A DNA stretch of 64,000 nucleotides, taken from the NCBI GenBank assembly GCA_036676395.1, contig JAKFCY010000002.1, forward strand, positions 2,496,001 through 2,560,000, read 5' to 3'. The notes beneath the pieces were generated by a model. That model searched no databases and was not told where the DNA came from. It was given only the letters and a program-made list of their open reading frames with translations. The translations under genes were made by a program, and so were the position numbers. Below are positions 1 to 9,215 of the stretch, piece by piece (positions within the stretch are counted from its first letter, which is position 1; each line of letters begins with the position of its first letter). The stretch is from Bdellovibrio sp. (GTDB lineage Bacteria > Bdellovibrionota > Bdellovibrionia > Bdellovibrionales > Bdellovibrionaceae).

Positions 1-1
1 T

Positions 2-367
2 TTAAAAACTGCCTGCGTAAGTGATCACTATGAAGTCGACAATTGGCGCGAAATTTTCACCTGCGTTGAAGATGGCAAAAAACAAGAAATCAAATTTGAA
101 CTCCACCCAAAAGATGGCGGTTACAGCCTGGTTTGCGATGCCGAAGGTGGCAAAGCTTGGCTTAAGCTGATTTACCCAAAGGCCACTTGGGAAGAGGCCC
201 CGAAGACACCACATTATTACACGTTCTATGGTTTTGCAGAAGATAAGCGTAAAGAGCTCGGTGAATTTATACGACAAAGTGTTGTAAATCCGCCAGCTGG
301 TTGCCGACGACTTGATTGTCCGCTAAATGTACCTCTGCCGGATGGTTGCGAACGAGAGAAGCCGTAA
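2..367 (+). CDS. 3' part of a hypothetical protein (5' end outside window)
   Basis: Frame +2 is open from base 2 to TAA at 365-367 (LKTACVSDHYEVDNWREIFTC...CRRLDCPLNVPLPDGCEREKP*). Absent from the ORF track. Followed by a hairpin and a convergent gene. Confidence 0.7.
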   Translation, partial: LKTACVSDHYEVDNWREIFTCVEDGKKQEIKFELHPKDGGYSLVCDAEGGKAWLKLIYPKATWEEAPKTPHYYTFYGFAEDKRKELGEFIRQSVVNPPAGCRRLDCPLNVPLPDGCEREKP

Positions 368-380
368 ATATGGCTTCTCT
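355..380. terminator. hairpin between convergent genes
   Basis: AGAGAAGCC-N8-GGCTTCTCT inverted repeat; no strong U-tract. Confidence 0.45.
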
Positions 381-392
381 GTCACAAGAAAA

Positions 393-1316
393 TTAAACAG
401 TGATCATTTTAACAAGCTCAGCATTCATCTTAGCGTAAGATGTTTTATCAATCTTAGCTAAAGCTTTAAGACTGAAATCCTGGATAGTTTGCGAAGACAT
501 AACTGTTCCCGCAAGAGTTGCTTGTTTTAACTCTGTCCAAGTTGGTTTTTGATCTTGGCCAGCAGGACGTAAACTTGCTAAGTAACCAAAAAAGCCACCC
601 GCGAAACTGTCGCCAGCTCCTGTAGGGTCCACAACTTTTTCAACAGGTAAAGCTGGACATTGAAAGAAGCCATGAGTTTTTGAATAAACTGTTGAGCCGT
701 ACTCACCACGTTTAACAACAACGTACTCAGGACCAAGTTCAGCAACTTTTTTGATCGCAACAATAGCGTTATCAACTTGAGTTAACATTTTCGCTTCTGT
801 TTCATTAACGAAAACGATATCAACTTTTTTAATCACTTCAATTAAATCAGACTGTTTAGAGTTGATCCAAAAGTTCATTGAATCCATTCCTACGAAAACC
901 GGATTTTGGATTTGCGCTAAAACTTTTAATTGTAAAACCGGATCGATATTAGCTAAGAAAACAAAGCGCGTGCCTTTGTATTTCGCAGGTAATTCGGGAT
1001 TAAAATCAGCAAAAACGTTTAATTCTGTTTTTAATGTAACGGCTTCATTTAAATTATTTTCGTAAGTGCCTTCCCAGTGAAAAGTCTTACCTGGAACAAC
1101 TTGCATACCGTCTAAATCAACGCCACGTGAATTTAAAATTTCACGATCAGCATCTGAATAATCAGAACCAACAACGCCAACAACTTGAACTTTAGCAAAT
1201 AAACTAGACGAAACTGAAAAGTAATTCGCTGAACCGCCTAAAGATCTTTCTGCTTTTCCTGTTGGTGTTTTTACTGAATCATAGGCTAGGCTGCCCACTA
1301 CTAAAACTTCTGACAT
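393..1316 (-). CDS. PfkB/ribokinase-family sugar or nucleoside kinase
   Basis: N-terminal VVGSLAYD, GGSANY and C-terminal DPTGAGDSFAGG PfkB signature. Start set at MSEVLVVG (ATG 1316). Confidence 0.9.
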   Translation of the reverse strand: MSEVLVVGSLAYDSVKTPTGKAERSLGGSANYFSVSSSLFAKVQVVGVVGSDYSDADREILNSRGVDLDGMQVVPGKTFHWEGTYENNLNEAVTLKTELNVFADFNPELPAKYKGTRFVFLANIDPVLQLKVLAQIQNPVFVGMDSMNFWINSKQSDLIEVIKKVDIVFVNETEAKMLTQVDNAIVAIKKVAELGPEYVVVKRGEYGSTVYSKTHGFFQCPALPVEKVVDPTGAGDSFAGGFFGYLASLRPAGQDQKPTWTELKQATLAGTVMSSQTIQDFSLKALAKIDKTSYAKMNAELVKMITV

Positions 1317-2457
1317 TCGTTCCTCCGATTTTTGAATTTGAAGTATCCATTCTTTCAGGACGTTCAATATTTTTTGTAGTTAATTGACCACAAGCTGCGA
1401 AAATATCGCGACCCATAGTACGGCGTAATAACGTCTGCGCTCCAAGTTTTTGTGTCTCAGCGTGAAAAGCTTGAACAGCTTCATCACTTGGACGTTCAAA
1501 GTCAGAACCCGGATGTTCATTAAATGGAATAAGATTAATTTTGCATGGAACATCTCGCAAAAGTTTAACTAATTGGCGCGCGTGATCGATTTGATCAGTC
1601 ACACCTTTTAATAAAACGTACTCCATCGTGATTTTCTCACCCGTTGCACGGTAATAACGTTTACATTCTTCTAAAAGATCTTTTAACGGATATTTTTTGT
1701 TAATTGGCATAACTTGCGAACGCACTTCATCACTATAAGCATTTAAACTTACTGCTAAACGCACTTTCGCTTCAGCCACTTTATACATTTCAGGAATTAA
1801 ACCTGATGTTGATACCGTAATTTTTTTACGAGATAAATTCACACCCCATGGCGAATGAATCACTTCGATAGATTTAAACACGTTATCTGAATTATCTAAT
1901 GGTTCGCCCATGCCCATGAATACGATATTTGATAATTTGCGGCCTTGGCCTTCGCGCGCTAGTGAATCTTGCACCACCATAAATTGACCAACGATTTCGT
2001 CAGCCGTTAAGCGACGTTTTAAATTTTGTTTGCCGGTAAAACAAAATTTGCAGGCCATGTTACAGCCAATTTCTGAAGATACACATAAAGTTAAACGGTC
2101 GTCTGAAGGAATCACAACCGCTTCGATTGAATTGCCTTGGCCCACATCAAATAAGAATTTTTGCGTGCCATCAACACTGATTAAATGTTTGATTACTGGA
2201 GGTAAGTTAAAAGAAATTAAGTGTTTTAATTCTGCACGTAAATCTTTTGATAGATTTAACATTTGATCAAAATCAGTTACGCGCGATTCGTAAACCCATT
2301 TAAATATCTGCTGGGCACGAAATTTTTCTTTGCCGTATTTTTTTAGAAAAGCTTCAAGATCTGGAAGCGTAAAAGAATAAAAGTTAGTTAATACAGGTGT
2401 AACAACAGTTGTGTTGTCCACAGCGTTAGCTGCTTGCGAAGTTTCAGATAGCGTCAT
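1279..2457 (-). CDS. rlmN: 23S rRNA/tRNA m2A methyltransferase RlmN (radical SAM)
   Basis: CxxxCxxC (GCNMACKFC), FMGMGEPL, INLIPFN, DIFAACGQL. Confidence 0.95.
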   Translation of the reverse strand: MTLSETSQAANAVDNTTVVTPVLTNFYSFTLPDLEAFLKKYGKEKFRAQQIFKWVYESRVTDFDQMLNLSKDLRAELKHLISFNLPPVIKHLISVDGTQKFLFDVGQGNSIEAVVIPSDDRLTLCVSSEIGCNMACKFCFTGKQNLKRRLTADEIVGQFMVVQDSLAREGQGRKLSNIVFMGMGEPLDNSDNVFKSIEVIHSPWGVNLSRKKITVSTSGLIPEMYKVAEAKVRLAVSLNAYSDEVRSQVMPINKKYPLKDLLEECKRYYRATGEKITMEYVLLKGVTDQIDHARQLVKLLRDVPCKINLIPFNEHPGSDFERPSDEAVQAFHAETQKLGAQTLLRRTMGRDIFAACGQLTTKNIERPERMDTSNSKIGGTNVRSFSSGQPSL

Positions 2458-2592
2458 TGGCCGTCCTTTTTGTGACTTATTACAGTCGATTAATTTTGAG
2501 AACCTAGAGATAGTCGAACAAGACGTAAAAGTCTATAACTAGCTGCTTTTAAACCTAAATCCACGGATTTTGCCTGTAAAAATTTTGCTTGC

Positions 2593-2627
2593 CTTTGTTC
2601 CAAATGCTTGGAACACTTTGTTCCAAA
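2593..2627. promoter_or_regulatory. operator-like site: TGTTCCAA-N4-TTGGAACA palindrome plus a third half-site
   Basis: Perfect 8-bp inverted repeat at 2596-2615; CTTTGTTCCAAA repeated directly at 2593-2604 and 2616-2627; lies in the divergent rlmN/2711 intergenic region. Confidence 0.55.
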
Positions 2628-2710
2628 ATCTGTAGACTTAGACCATAAACTTGTTTAATTCTAGTTTCAGGCAGCAAGATACTCTTTCTGCCTAAACCAA
2701 GGGGATTTAA

Positions 2711-3331
2711 ATGAAAACACTACTTTTAGCTCTTATCTTCAACATGGCAGCTCTACTTTTCTTCTCAACCGCTTTCGCACAGGCTGGCCAAATCATTGCC
2801 GGCGGTAACGGCTGCCCCAACGGCGATATCCAAATTGAACAAGACGAATTCGATCCTGAATCACTGGTTGTAAAATACTCTGATCAAATGCAAGCAGGCG
2901 CTGATTCTTCTAAACGTTTAGAAAGAAAAAGCTGCAATCTAAGAATTCCGTTAGATATCCCTAAAGGCTTACGCCTAACAGTTGAAGTGGCGACAATTGG
3001 TTTTGCTTCTGTTGACCGCGACCGTGTGTCAGCTAGCCAAGAATTATTCTTAGCCGGTGATCAAGGCATCGTTGATGAACAACAACTTGAATCAGGTTAT
3101 GTGTTATTAGGAATTCCTGCTGGCCAAGTGGTGCAAACGGCTTGTGGCCAATCAACGATTTTAGCTCTTAACTTAAACGGCACTGTGATTAAAAAAGCAC
3201 AAAGCTTAACTGATTCATTCTTATCGTTTGAAAAAACAGTTTTGCGTTTTCACTGGGAGCAATGTGACCTTCCAGATGATGGAAATGACGACGGAACAAT
3301 CGGTTTAAGCGGTTTACAAATTGCACAGTAA
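2711..3331 (+). CDS. secreted DUF4360-like protein
   Basis: Signal peptide (AFA|Q); GGNGCP, RKSCNL, TACG and terminal W..C motifs; GGGG RBS. Confidence 0.7.
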   Translation: MKTLLLALIFNMAALLFFSTAFAQAGQIIAGGNGCPNGDIQIEQDEFDPESLVVKYSDQMQAGADSSKRLERKSCNLRIPLDIPKGLRLTVEVATIGFASVDRDRVSASQELFLAGDQGIVDEQQLESGYVLLGIPAGQVVQTACGQSTILALNLNGTVIKKAQSLTDSFLSFEKTVLRFHWEQCDLPDDGNDDGTIGLSGLQIAQ

Positions 3332-3380
3332 GCATTAGTTACAGCCTTCGGGCGCAAAATGTAACCAGAAGGGAGCGGAT

Positions 3381-4202
3381 ATGACTGAACAATTAGCCAT
3401 ACAAGATAAAATTCGCTCTCACTTTGCTAACCTTCAAAGAAAAAATCCAGCCTTCTCGCTTCGAGCCTTCGCTTTAAAATTGGACATCAGCCCAAGTGCT
3501 TTAAGCGAGATCATGGCTGGTAAACGTAAAGTTTCTAAAAAAATGGCGGTTAAACTTTTAGACCGTATGTATCTTGACCCTAAAGAAGCCGAAGCCATCA
3601 AACTTTTATTCGATGGCAAAGGTAACGGTCATGACCAAGAAGCCGATTCTGAAAAAGGTCTCTTACAAAAATACAAAAAAAATATCAATTACCTAAAATT
3701 AAGCTCAGACCAATTTAACATGATCAGCGAATGGCAACATTTCGCTTTGTTGTCGTTAATGGAGACCGTGAACTTTGTTTCTGATATTCCGTGGATGGCA
3801 AAACGTTTAGCTTTATCAGTGACTGATGTGCAAAAAACTCTGACTCGCCTGACAGATCTAAATTTAGTTTCTAGAAAATATAACCGCTACGCACCAACGA
3901 ACGAACCATTAATCACATCCGACGATGTAGCTAACCAAGCCGTGCGCAAATCGCATTATGAAGATTTAAAGCTAGCTGAAAAAGTTTTAGACCACTGCCC
4001 TGTTGAATTACGTGATTTCACGGCTGTTACTGTAGCTGTTGATAAAAGTAAAATTCCTGAAGCTAAAAAGATGATTCGTGAATTTCAGGATTCGCTGTCA
4101 CAATTTTTAGAAGATGGCAAAAAAGATGAAGTTTATAAATTAACGTTTTACATGTACCCGCTCTCGACCTCTGAAACACCAGGAGAAACCAATGAGAACT
4201 AA
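3381..4202 (+). CDS. TIGR02147/DUF4423-family protein with N-terminal HTH (putative regulator)
   Basis: NPAFSLRAFALKLDISPSALSEIMAGKRKVS HTH; SEWQHFALLSL, winged-helix middle, RDFTAVT and EVYKLTFYMYPLS C-terminus. Confidence 0.85.
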   Translation: MTEQLAIQDKIRSHFANLQRKNPAFSLRAFALKLDISPSALSEIMAGKRKVSKKMAVKLLDRMYLDPKEAEAIKLLFDGKGNGHDQEADSEKGLLQKYKKNINYLKLSSDQFNMISEWQHFALLSLMETVNFVSDIPWMAKRLALSVTDVQKTLTRLTDLNLVSRKYNRYAPTNEPLITSDDVANQAVRKSHYEDLKLAEKVLDHCPVELRDFTAVTVAVDKSKIPEAKKMIREFQDSLSQFLEDGKKDEVYKLTFYMYPLSTSETPGETNEN

Positions 4203-5364
4203 CCACCTACACCTACTTGTAATCGGCCTATGTTTTAGCGTATCCGCAAACGCGCTAAATCTACTTAAAGCCTTAGAAGTTAAACTTCCGCAAGTGATTC
4301 AAGTCGGCAACAGAACCGTAACGATTCCTGGAAGCATTTCTTTAGTTAAGCTTTTAGATGGCCGCTACGCGGTTGAAAACAAGTTCAGCACCGAAGGCCA
4401 CAAGGTCGGCAACGGTGGCGATTATATTCGTTCGGTATTTATCCAGATGGGTGAAAACGTAAATGAGTATTTAGAAACAACTGAAGCTGGAAGCCAAATT
4501 GTAACAACTCATAATTTAGACCTAGTCAGTCTTAAGACAACTTTAACAACTGAAAGTATTGTTTTAACAAATGATATCTTAATCGATAACACAGGTTCAG
4601 TAGTTGATGCGATCGGTGTTCCAGGGTTAATTATTTTAAACAGTGCTAGCTGGTTAGATCATTTCGAAAAAGAAAGAAATGTTTATTACCTGGTATTGCA
4701 CGAAATGTTACGCAGCAGTGCTGTGGATGATGATGATTTCGTAATTTCTAAAAATATCTTTAATTTTCCGAGCCAATTTAAAATGTCGACGCGTTTATTA
4801 CCGTTAATTCCGATGTTAGAAGCTGATTCAATCACAGAACTTGTGACTTTAGATAAAATCACAGTCTTAGGCACAGGTTGTTCAAACAAGTCACCTGCTT
4901 ACACTGAACTTGATTTAACTAAAAATGTTATTGATATCACATTGAAAAGTTTTATCACGGTAAACTCTGATGCACGTAAAATGGATTACAAATCTTGTAA
5001 TGTAACGGTTCCGTTAAAATTACCTGCTGGAAAACGTTTAACGATTTCATTAATCGATGTCTCTGGCGAAGTTAGACCACAAGCTGCTGATTTAAAATCA
5101 ACAAGTACATTAAAATTTGAAGCATTCTTAGCTGGTAGCACGGGCAAGCTTAATGCAAAAGTCGTGACTTTAGGTTCTGAAGCGCGCACGGTTTTATTTA
5201 GAAAAACTGATGCGATCACAACAGGCTGTGGAACTTCTGAAATTTTACGTTTAAATGTGAATAATGCACTATCTTCAAAAGGCACAGCCGCAGAAGGTTT
5301 AACCAACCAATCCCAAGTGAAAAAGATTTCAGTTTATTTAAATCTTGAAGACTGTAAGAACTAA
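4192..5364 (+). CDS. secreted protein: GNGGD motif, LHE metalloprotease-like segment and C-terminal DUF4360-like domain
   Basis: Signal peptide (ANA|L); EGHKVGNGGD; LVLHEMLR; C-terminal GTGC..SCNV..FLAG..GCG..C visibly homologous to the 2711 protein; overlaps the upstream gene by 11 nt. Confidence 0.7.
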   Translation: MRTNHLHLLVIGLCFSVSANALNLLKALEVKLPQVIQVGNRTVTIPGSISLVKLLDGRYAVENKFSTEGHKVGNGGDYIRSVFIQMGENVNEYLETTEAGSQIVTTHNLDLVSLKTTLTTESIVLTNDILIDNTGSVVDAIGVPGLIILNSASWLDHFEKERNVYYLVLHEMLRSSAVDDDDFVISKNIFNFPSQFKMSTRLLPLIPMLEADSITELVTLDKITVLGTGCSNKSPAYTELDLTKNVIDITLKSFITVNSDARKMDYKSCNVTVPLKLPAGKRLTISLIDVSGEVRPQAADLKSTSTLKFEAFLAGSTGKLNAKVVTLGSEARTVLFRKTDAITTGCGTSEILRLNVNNALSSKGTAAEGLTNQSQVKKISVYLNLEDCKN

Positions 5365-6392
5365 GCCTGAATTGTGGCTTTAAGTTCTGAAAGATCACAA
5401 GGCACGCACCCGATTTTACCAACCACAATGCCTGCAGCGTAATTCGCTAATACGCAGGCTTGGGCTAACGGTAAACCAGAAGCTACACCTAATGCTAACG
5501 CAGCGATTACGGTATCGCCTGCTCCAGTCACATCAAATACTTTTTTAGCAAACGTAGGCACTTGCACGACATCTTTATCGCTTGTAAAAATCGACATGCC
5601 TTCTTTACCTTGAGTTAACACAACATCACGCGCACCCGTCATTTTTTGTAAGGCGCGGCCAACAGTGTAAACACGCTCATTAAAATTTTCGATGTCTTCT
5701 TCGTGAATCTTAGTTAAAGCCAGAGCTTCGTTGTAATTGGGTTTGATTAAATCTACACCTTTGTAAAATTCAGCGAATTTTGTTTGGTGGGGATCAACCA
5801 TTAAGTATTTTCCAGATTTTTTAGCTAACGCGATGATCTTTTCAACTAAACCTACAGAAAAAATTCCTTTAGCGTAATCTTCTAAAACCACAACATCCAT
5901 TGACGGGATTAAATCTTGAACACGCTGTAAGATTTTGCTTTCAGTTTCTGCGGGTAAATTTCTGCGAACTTCGTAATCGACGCGAACGAGGTGATGGTGC
6001 CCTGTCATCACGCGAGTTTTGCGTGTGGTTGGGCGTTTTTCATCAACGATTAAGTGCTCTGATGAAACTTTTGATTTAGTTAATAACTCTTTTAAGATCT
6101 CGGCACCGGTATCTGCACCAACAACTGAAACTAAGTTTACATTTCCTGACAAACTTACCACATTTTGGGCCACGTTGGCTGCTAAACCTAAACGTTTATC
6201 TTCGCCGTCGACCTCTAAAACCGGTACCGGAGCTTCAGGGCTAATGCGTTTAACTGCCCCCATAATGTACTCGTCCACTCCCACATCGCCGATTAAAAGA
6301 ATCTTTTTGCTCGAAAAAGCAGAAATCTTTTCTAGGATATTCTTTTTAACTGTACCGTCGACGTTGAAATGTATAATAGAGTTTGTATGCAT
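5361..6392 (-). CDS. rfaE1: D-glycero-beta-D-manno-heptose-7-phosphate kinase (RfaE1/HldA, kinase domain only)
   Basis: IGDVGVDEY, RISPEAPVPV, AANVA, PTTRKTRV, DVTGAGDT; no cytidylyltransferase domain; start uncertain. Confidence 0.9.
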   Translation of the reverse strand: MHTNSIIHFNVDGTVKKNILEKISAFSSKKILLIGDVGVDEYIMGAVKRISPEAPVPVLEVDGEDKRLGLAANVAQNVVSLSGNVNLVSVVGADTGAEILKELLTKSKVSSEHLIVDEKRPTTRKTRVMTGHHHLVRVDYEVRRNLPAETESKILQRVQDLIPSMDVVVLEDYAKGIFSVGLVEKIIALAKKSGKYLMVDPHQTKFAEFYKGVDLIKPNYNEALALTKIHEEDIENFNERVYTVGRALQKMTGARDVVLTQGKEGMSIFTSDKDVVQVPTFAKKVFDVTGAGDTVIAALALGVASGLPLAQACVLANYAAGIVVGKIGCVPCDLSELKATIQA

Positions 6393-7226
6393 AAGGCTTC
6401 CAGAAAACCACAATTTCAGCAGAATCTCAATCTGATTTACGAGCCAAGCTATATCACTGCTACCGAGAAAAAAGACATCATTAAGTACTTAGAGAGCCTA
6501 TATCCTATCTGGGAAAATCGCTTCTCGAAGAGCAATCCTCCTCCGGAAGGTGAACCAAATCGTCCATTACTTCGCCCAGTTTATTGGTTAGGTAACTGGC
6601 AGTTTGCTTGTTTAGATTATTATCATCCACCTAAAGGAATTCAAAATCGCTGCGTCGAAGCTGAAAACTACCCGCCGGTGTTAGAAAAAATCGTGAAAAA
6701 AATTGAACAAATGGTTCACGAAAAATTCAGCGACAGAGATATTCCGCGTGGCTGGCATTTGAATACTTGTTTGATCAATTATTACGGCAATAAAATTTTA
6801 CCTGACGGAAAAATTTTAGATACGGCTCGTGTTGGCGAACACAAAGATTTTGAACCGGGTCCGGTGGCTTCAATTTCGTTTGGCGAAAAAGCACTATTTC
6901 AATTTATTAAAAGCGAAAGTAAAGCGCAAAAGTCTCAGGTGATTTTGCAACAGTGGCTAGAAGACTCAAGTTTACAGATTTTTGGCGGCGATAAATTTAA
7001 AAAACAACTTTTTCACCGCGTTCAACGGGTCGAAGAAAAAGGAATTTTATTTTCTGAAATGAAAACGACGAATTTTGAAACTCGCCGTATTAATTTTACT
7101 TTTAGGTTTGTGCCGAATGAACATATTAAAGCGTTCAAGGATCTTCCGCCAAACCTGCAAGACGATGTCGCAGGTTATGTGCGTGAACTGGGTGAAAAAT
7201 CTAAGTTCTGGAAAGAACAGCTTTAA
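6387..7226 (+). CDS. AlkB-family 2OG-Fe(II) dioxygenase
   Basis: NTCLINYY, HxD (GEHKD), distal H (FHRV), RINFTFR. Confidence 0.85.
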   Translation: MHKASRKPQFQQNLNLIYEPSYITATEKKDIIKYLESLYPIWENRFSKSNPPPEGEPNRPLLRPVYWLGNWQFACLDYYHPPKGIQNRCVEAENYPPVLEKIVKKIEQMVHEKFSDRDIPRGWHLNTCLINYYGNKILPDGKILDTARVGEHKDFEPGPVASISFGEKALFQFIKSESKAQKSQVILQQWLEDSSLQIFGGDKFKKQLFHRVQRVEEKGILFSEMKTTNFETRRINFTFRFVPNEHIKAFKDLPPNLQDDVAGYVRELGEKSKFWKEQL

Positions 7227-8260
7227 TATAGCTTATAAATCTTCCCGTTATCAGTTGAAAAATACAGGGCGCCATCAGGGCCTTCTTTAGCTTGACGAAA
7301 ACGCTCTTTTAAATCTGCAAATAATTCTTCTTCTTTAACGACTTTATCTTTATCCAACACCACTCGGCGTACGTGCTGGCCACTTAAGTTAGCTAGAAAA
7401 ATATTATCTTTAAATTTCTTTAAGCGTGTTCCTGCATAAAAAGTTAAACCTGATGGGCTAATTGATGGCACCCACTTAATCAGAGGTTGCTCTAAGCCAG
7501 CTTTTTCTTTTTTGCCGATCGGCGGCCCCCAGTACTCTTTGCCGTAAGTAATAATCGGCCAACCGTAATTAAGCCCTTTGGTGATTAGATTTACTTCATC
7601 CCCACCGCGCGGGCCCATCTCGGCAGCAAATAATCTTTCGTTCGCATCAAAAGCCAACCCTTGTGGGTTGCGATGCCCTGATGTCCAAATTTCGGCTTTA
7701 CCGTCTAGTGTTAAGCGCAGGATTTTACCGTGATGTAATTTTTGATCTTGGGCTTTATTGCGAATGTTACGCTCACCAATACTCATGAATAAAAAATCAT
7801 TTTTATCAGCAACTACGCGTGAACCAAAATGCATGCCGGTGTCTGCATCCGCATTAGACTTAAAAATCACCGAGCCATTTTGTAATTTCGTCTTATCAGA
7901 TGCAAGATCTGCACGAAATAGACTTGTTGTGGCACCTTCGTCAGTTTTTTCTGAAAACGTAATATAGATTTTTTTAGTTTTAGGATGAATCATGACATCC
8001 AATAAGCCCCCCTGATCTTTGGCCACCACCGCAGGAGCGCCAACAACGGGTTTCGCAGTTTTAGTTTTCGTATCACAAATTGAAAGTTTGCCACCACGTT
8101 CAGTAAATATAATTTCATCCGCACTTGGCGTTAAAAAATCAAAACCCCAGATCACATCGTTTGTTGTGCAAAGTGTTTCGAGAGTGAATTTATCACCCTC
8201 GATGGTGTAAGTTTTTGTCTGGGCGTGAGCTGCAAATATTAAGATAAAAAGTAATTTCAT
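7223..8260 (-). CDS. PQQ-dependent sugar dehydrogenase (GSDH/YliI family), secreted
   Basis: QGGLLDV, HFGSR, GHRNPQG, GPRGGDEVN, NYGWP, SISPSG. Confidence 0.9.
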   Translation of the reverse strand: MKLLFILIFAAHAQTKTYTIEGDKFTLETLCTTNDVIWGFDFLTPSADEIIFTERGGKLSICDTKTKTAKPVVGAPAVVAKDQGGLLDVMIHPKTKKIYITFSEKTDEGATTSLFRADLASDKTKLQNGSVIFKSNADADTGMHFGSRVVADKNDFLFMSIGERNIRNKAQDQKLHHGKILRLTLDGKAEIWTSGHRNPQGLAFDANERLFAAEMGPRGGDEVNLITKGLNYGWPIITYGKEYWGPPIGKKEKAGLEQPLIKWVPSISPSGLTFYAGTRLKKFKDNIFLANLSGQHVRRVVLDKDKVVKEEELFADLKERFRQAKEGPDGALYFSTDNGKIYKLY

Positions 8261-8412
8261 ATCTTTAGCTAACTGAAGTTTTTAAGCCTGGTAAATGTCT
8301 AATGCACACGATCGACTAACAATATTCGTAAACTTGGGGCATTTGTCTCAGAATGAAACACTGCGAAGCAATAGGTTCACTGTGTAGCGGCATAATTCTG
8401 GCTGATAGGAAT

Positions 8413-9207
8413 ATGATGTCTATTAAGCTTCTTTCTATATTTCTAATCACCTTTGCTGTCACTGCACAGGCCTGGATCATTCAAAGCGGCGATAGCAAGC
8501 AGTGGCTGGCTAAGCAAAAGGCCGTGCCTTCGGTTTACGAAGAAATGAACAAATACTTTTTAGAAACTGATCCTAAAAGCCACGCCATGCCTTACGTAAA
8601 AAGTTTTATCCCTTTTATGCATACTCAGATAGTTAATGAAGCTGAAATATCATTAGCAAAAAAACTAAATAAGCCCACCTGCTCAGCTGAAACGAATATA
8701 TCGTACCCTGGAATCCTGACAAAAGAATTTGATTTTCAAAGCAAACGTGATTTTGAAAAAGAAATTCTTAAAATTCAATCTTATGATTGCTTAGGAAAAT
8801 TAAATTTAGACAGAGTTTTTGCTACCTTAATGTCTGAAAAATTTCAAAAAGAAGCTGTCGATGGGTTAAAACAGATCAAAACCAACCAACAAACTAACCA
8901 AGTTTGCCAAATCGTCTCGATTTTTCCGTTTGGGACAACAAACTTTTGCTTTACGCAAAATGTCCTAGCGACAGGCAAGCAATACCTAATTCATTCTTAT
9001 AACGAGCAGAATATAGAAAACCCGTCAGCACCGGCCTATTACCGCGAAGCCATCACTGTGATTTCACAGCTACAAAATGGTGAAATCAGTATTTACAACT
9101 TAGCCTATGCTCGCGGCCCTGATTTGCCGTTTCATAGCGTTGTTAAAAGTATGATTGCAACAAAACAAGAACTTTTTATTCAAAACTTAATAGAAAACGC
9201 AAAGTAA
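8413..9207 (+). CDS. secreted hypothetical protein, paralog 1 of tandem pair
   Basis: Signal peptide AQA|W; full-length similarity to 9216-10007. Confidence 0.75.
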   Translation: MMSIKLLSIFLITFAVTAQAWIIQSGDSKQWLAKQKAVPSVYEEMNKYFLETDPKSHAMPYVKSFIPFMHTQIVNEAEISLAKKLNKPTCSAETNISYPGILTKEFDFQSKRDFEKEILKIQSYDCLGKLNLDRVFATLMSEKFQKEAVDGLKQIKTNQQTNQVCQIVSIFPFGTTNFCFTQNVLATGKQYLIHSYNEQNIENPSAPAYYREAITVISQLQNGEISIYNLAYARGPDLPFHSVVKSMIATKQELFIQNLIENAK

Positions 9208-9215
9208 GGTTTAAG

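Noticed and set aside
2..277. 91-aa minus-strand ORF in the track
   Set aside because: Shadow of the longer plus-strand frame 2-367, which reads as a more natural protein and ends at a hairpin
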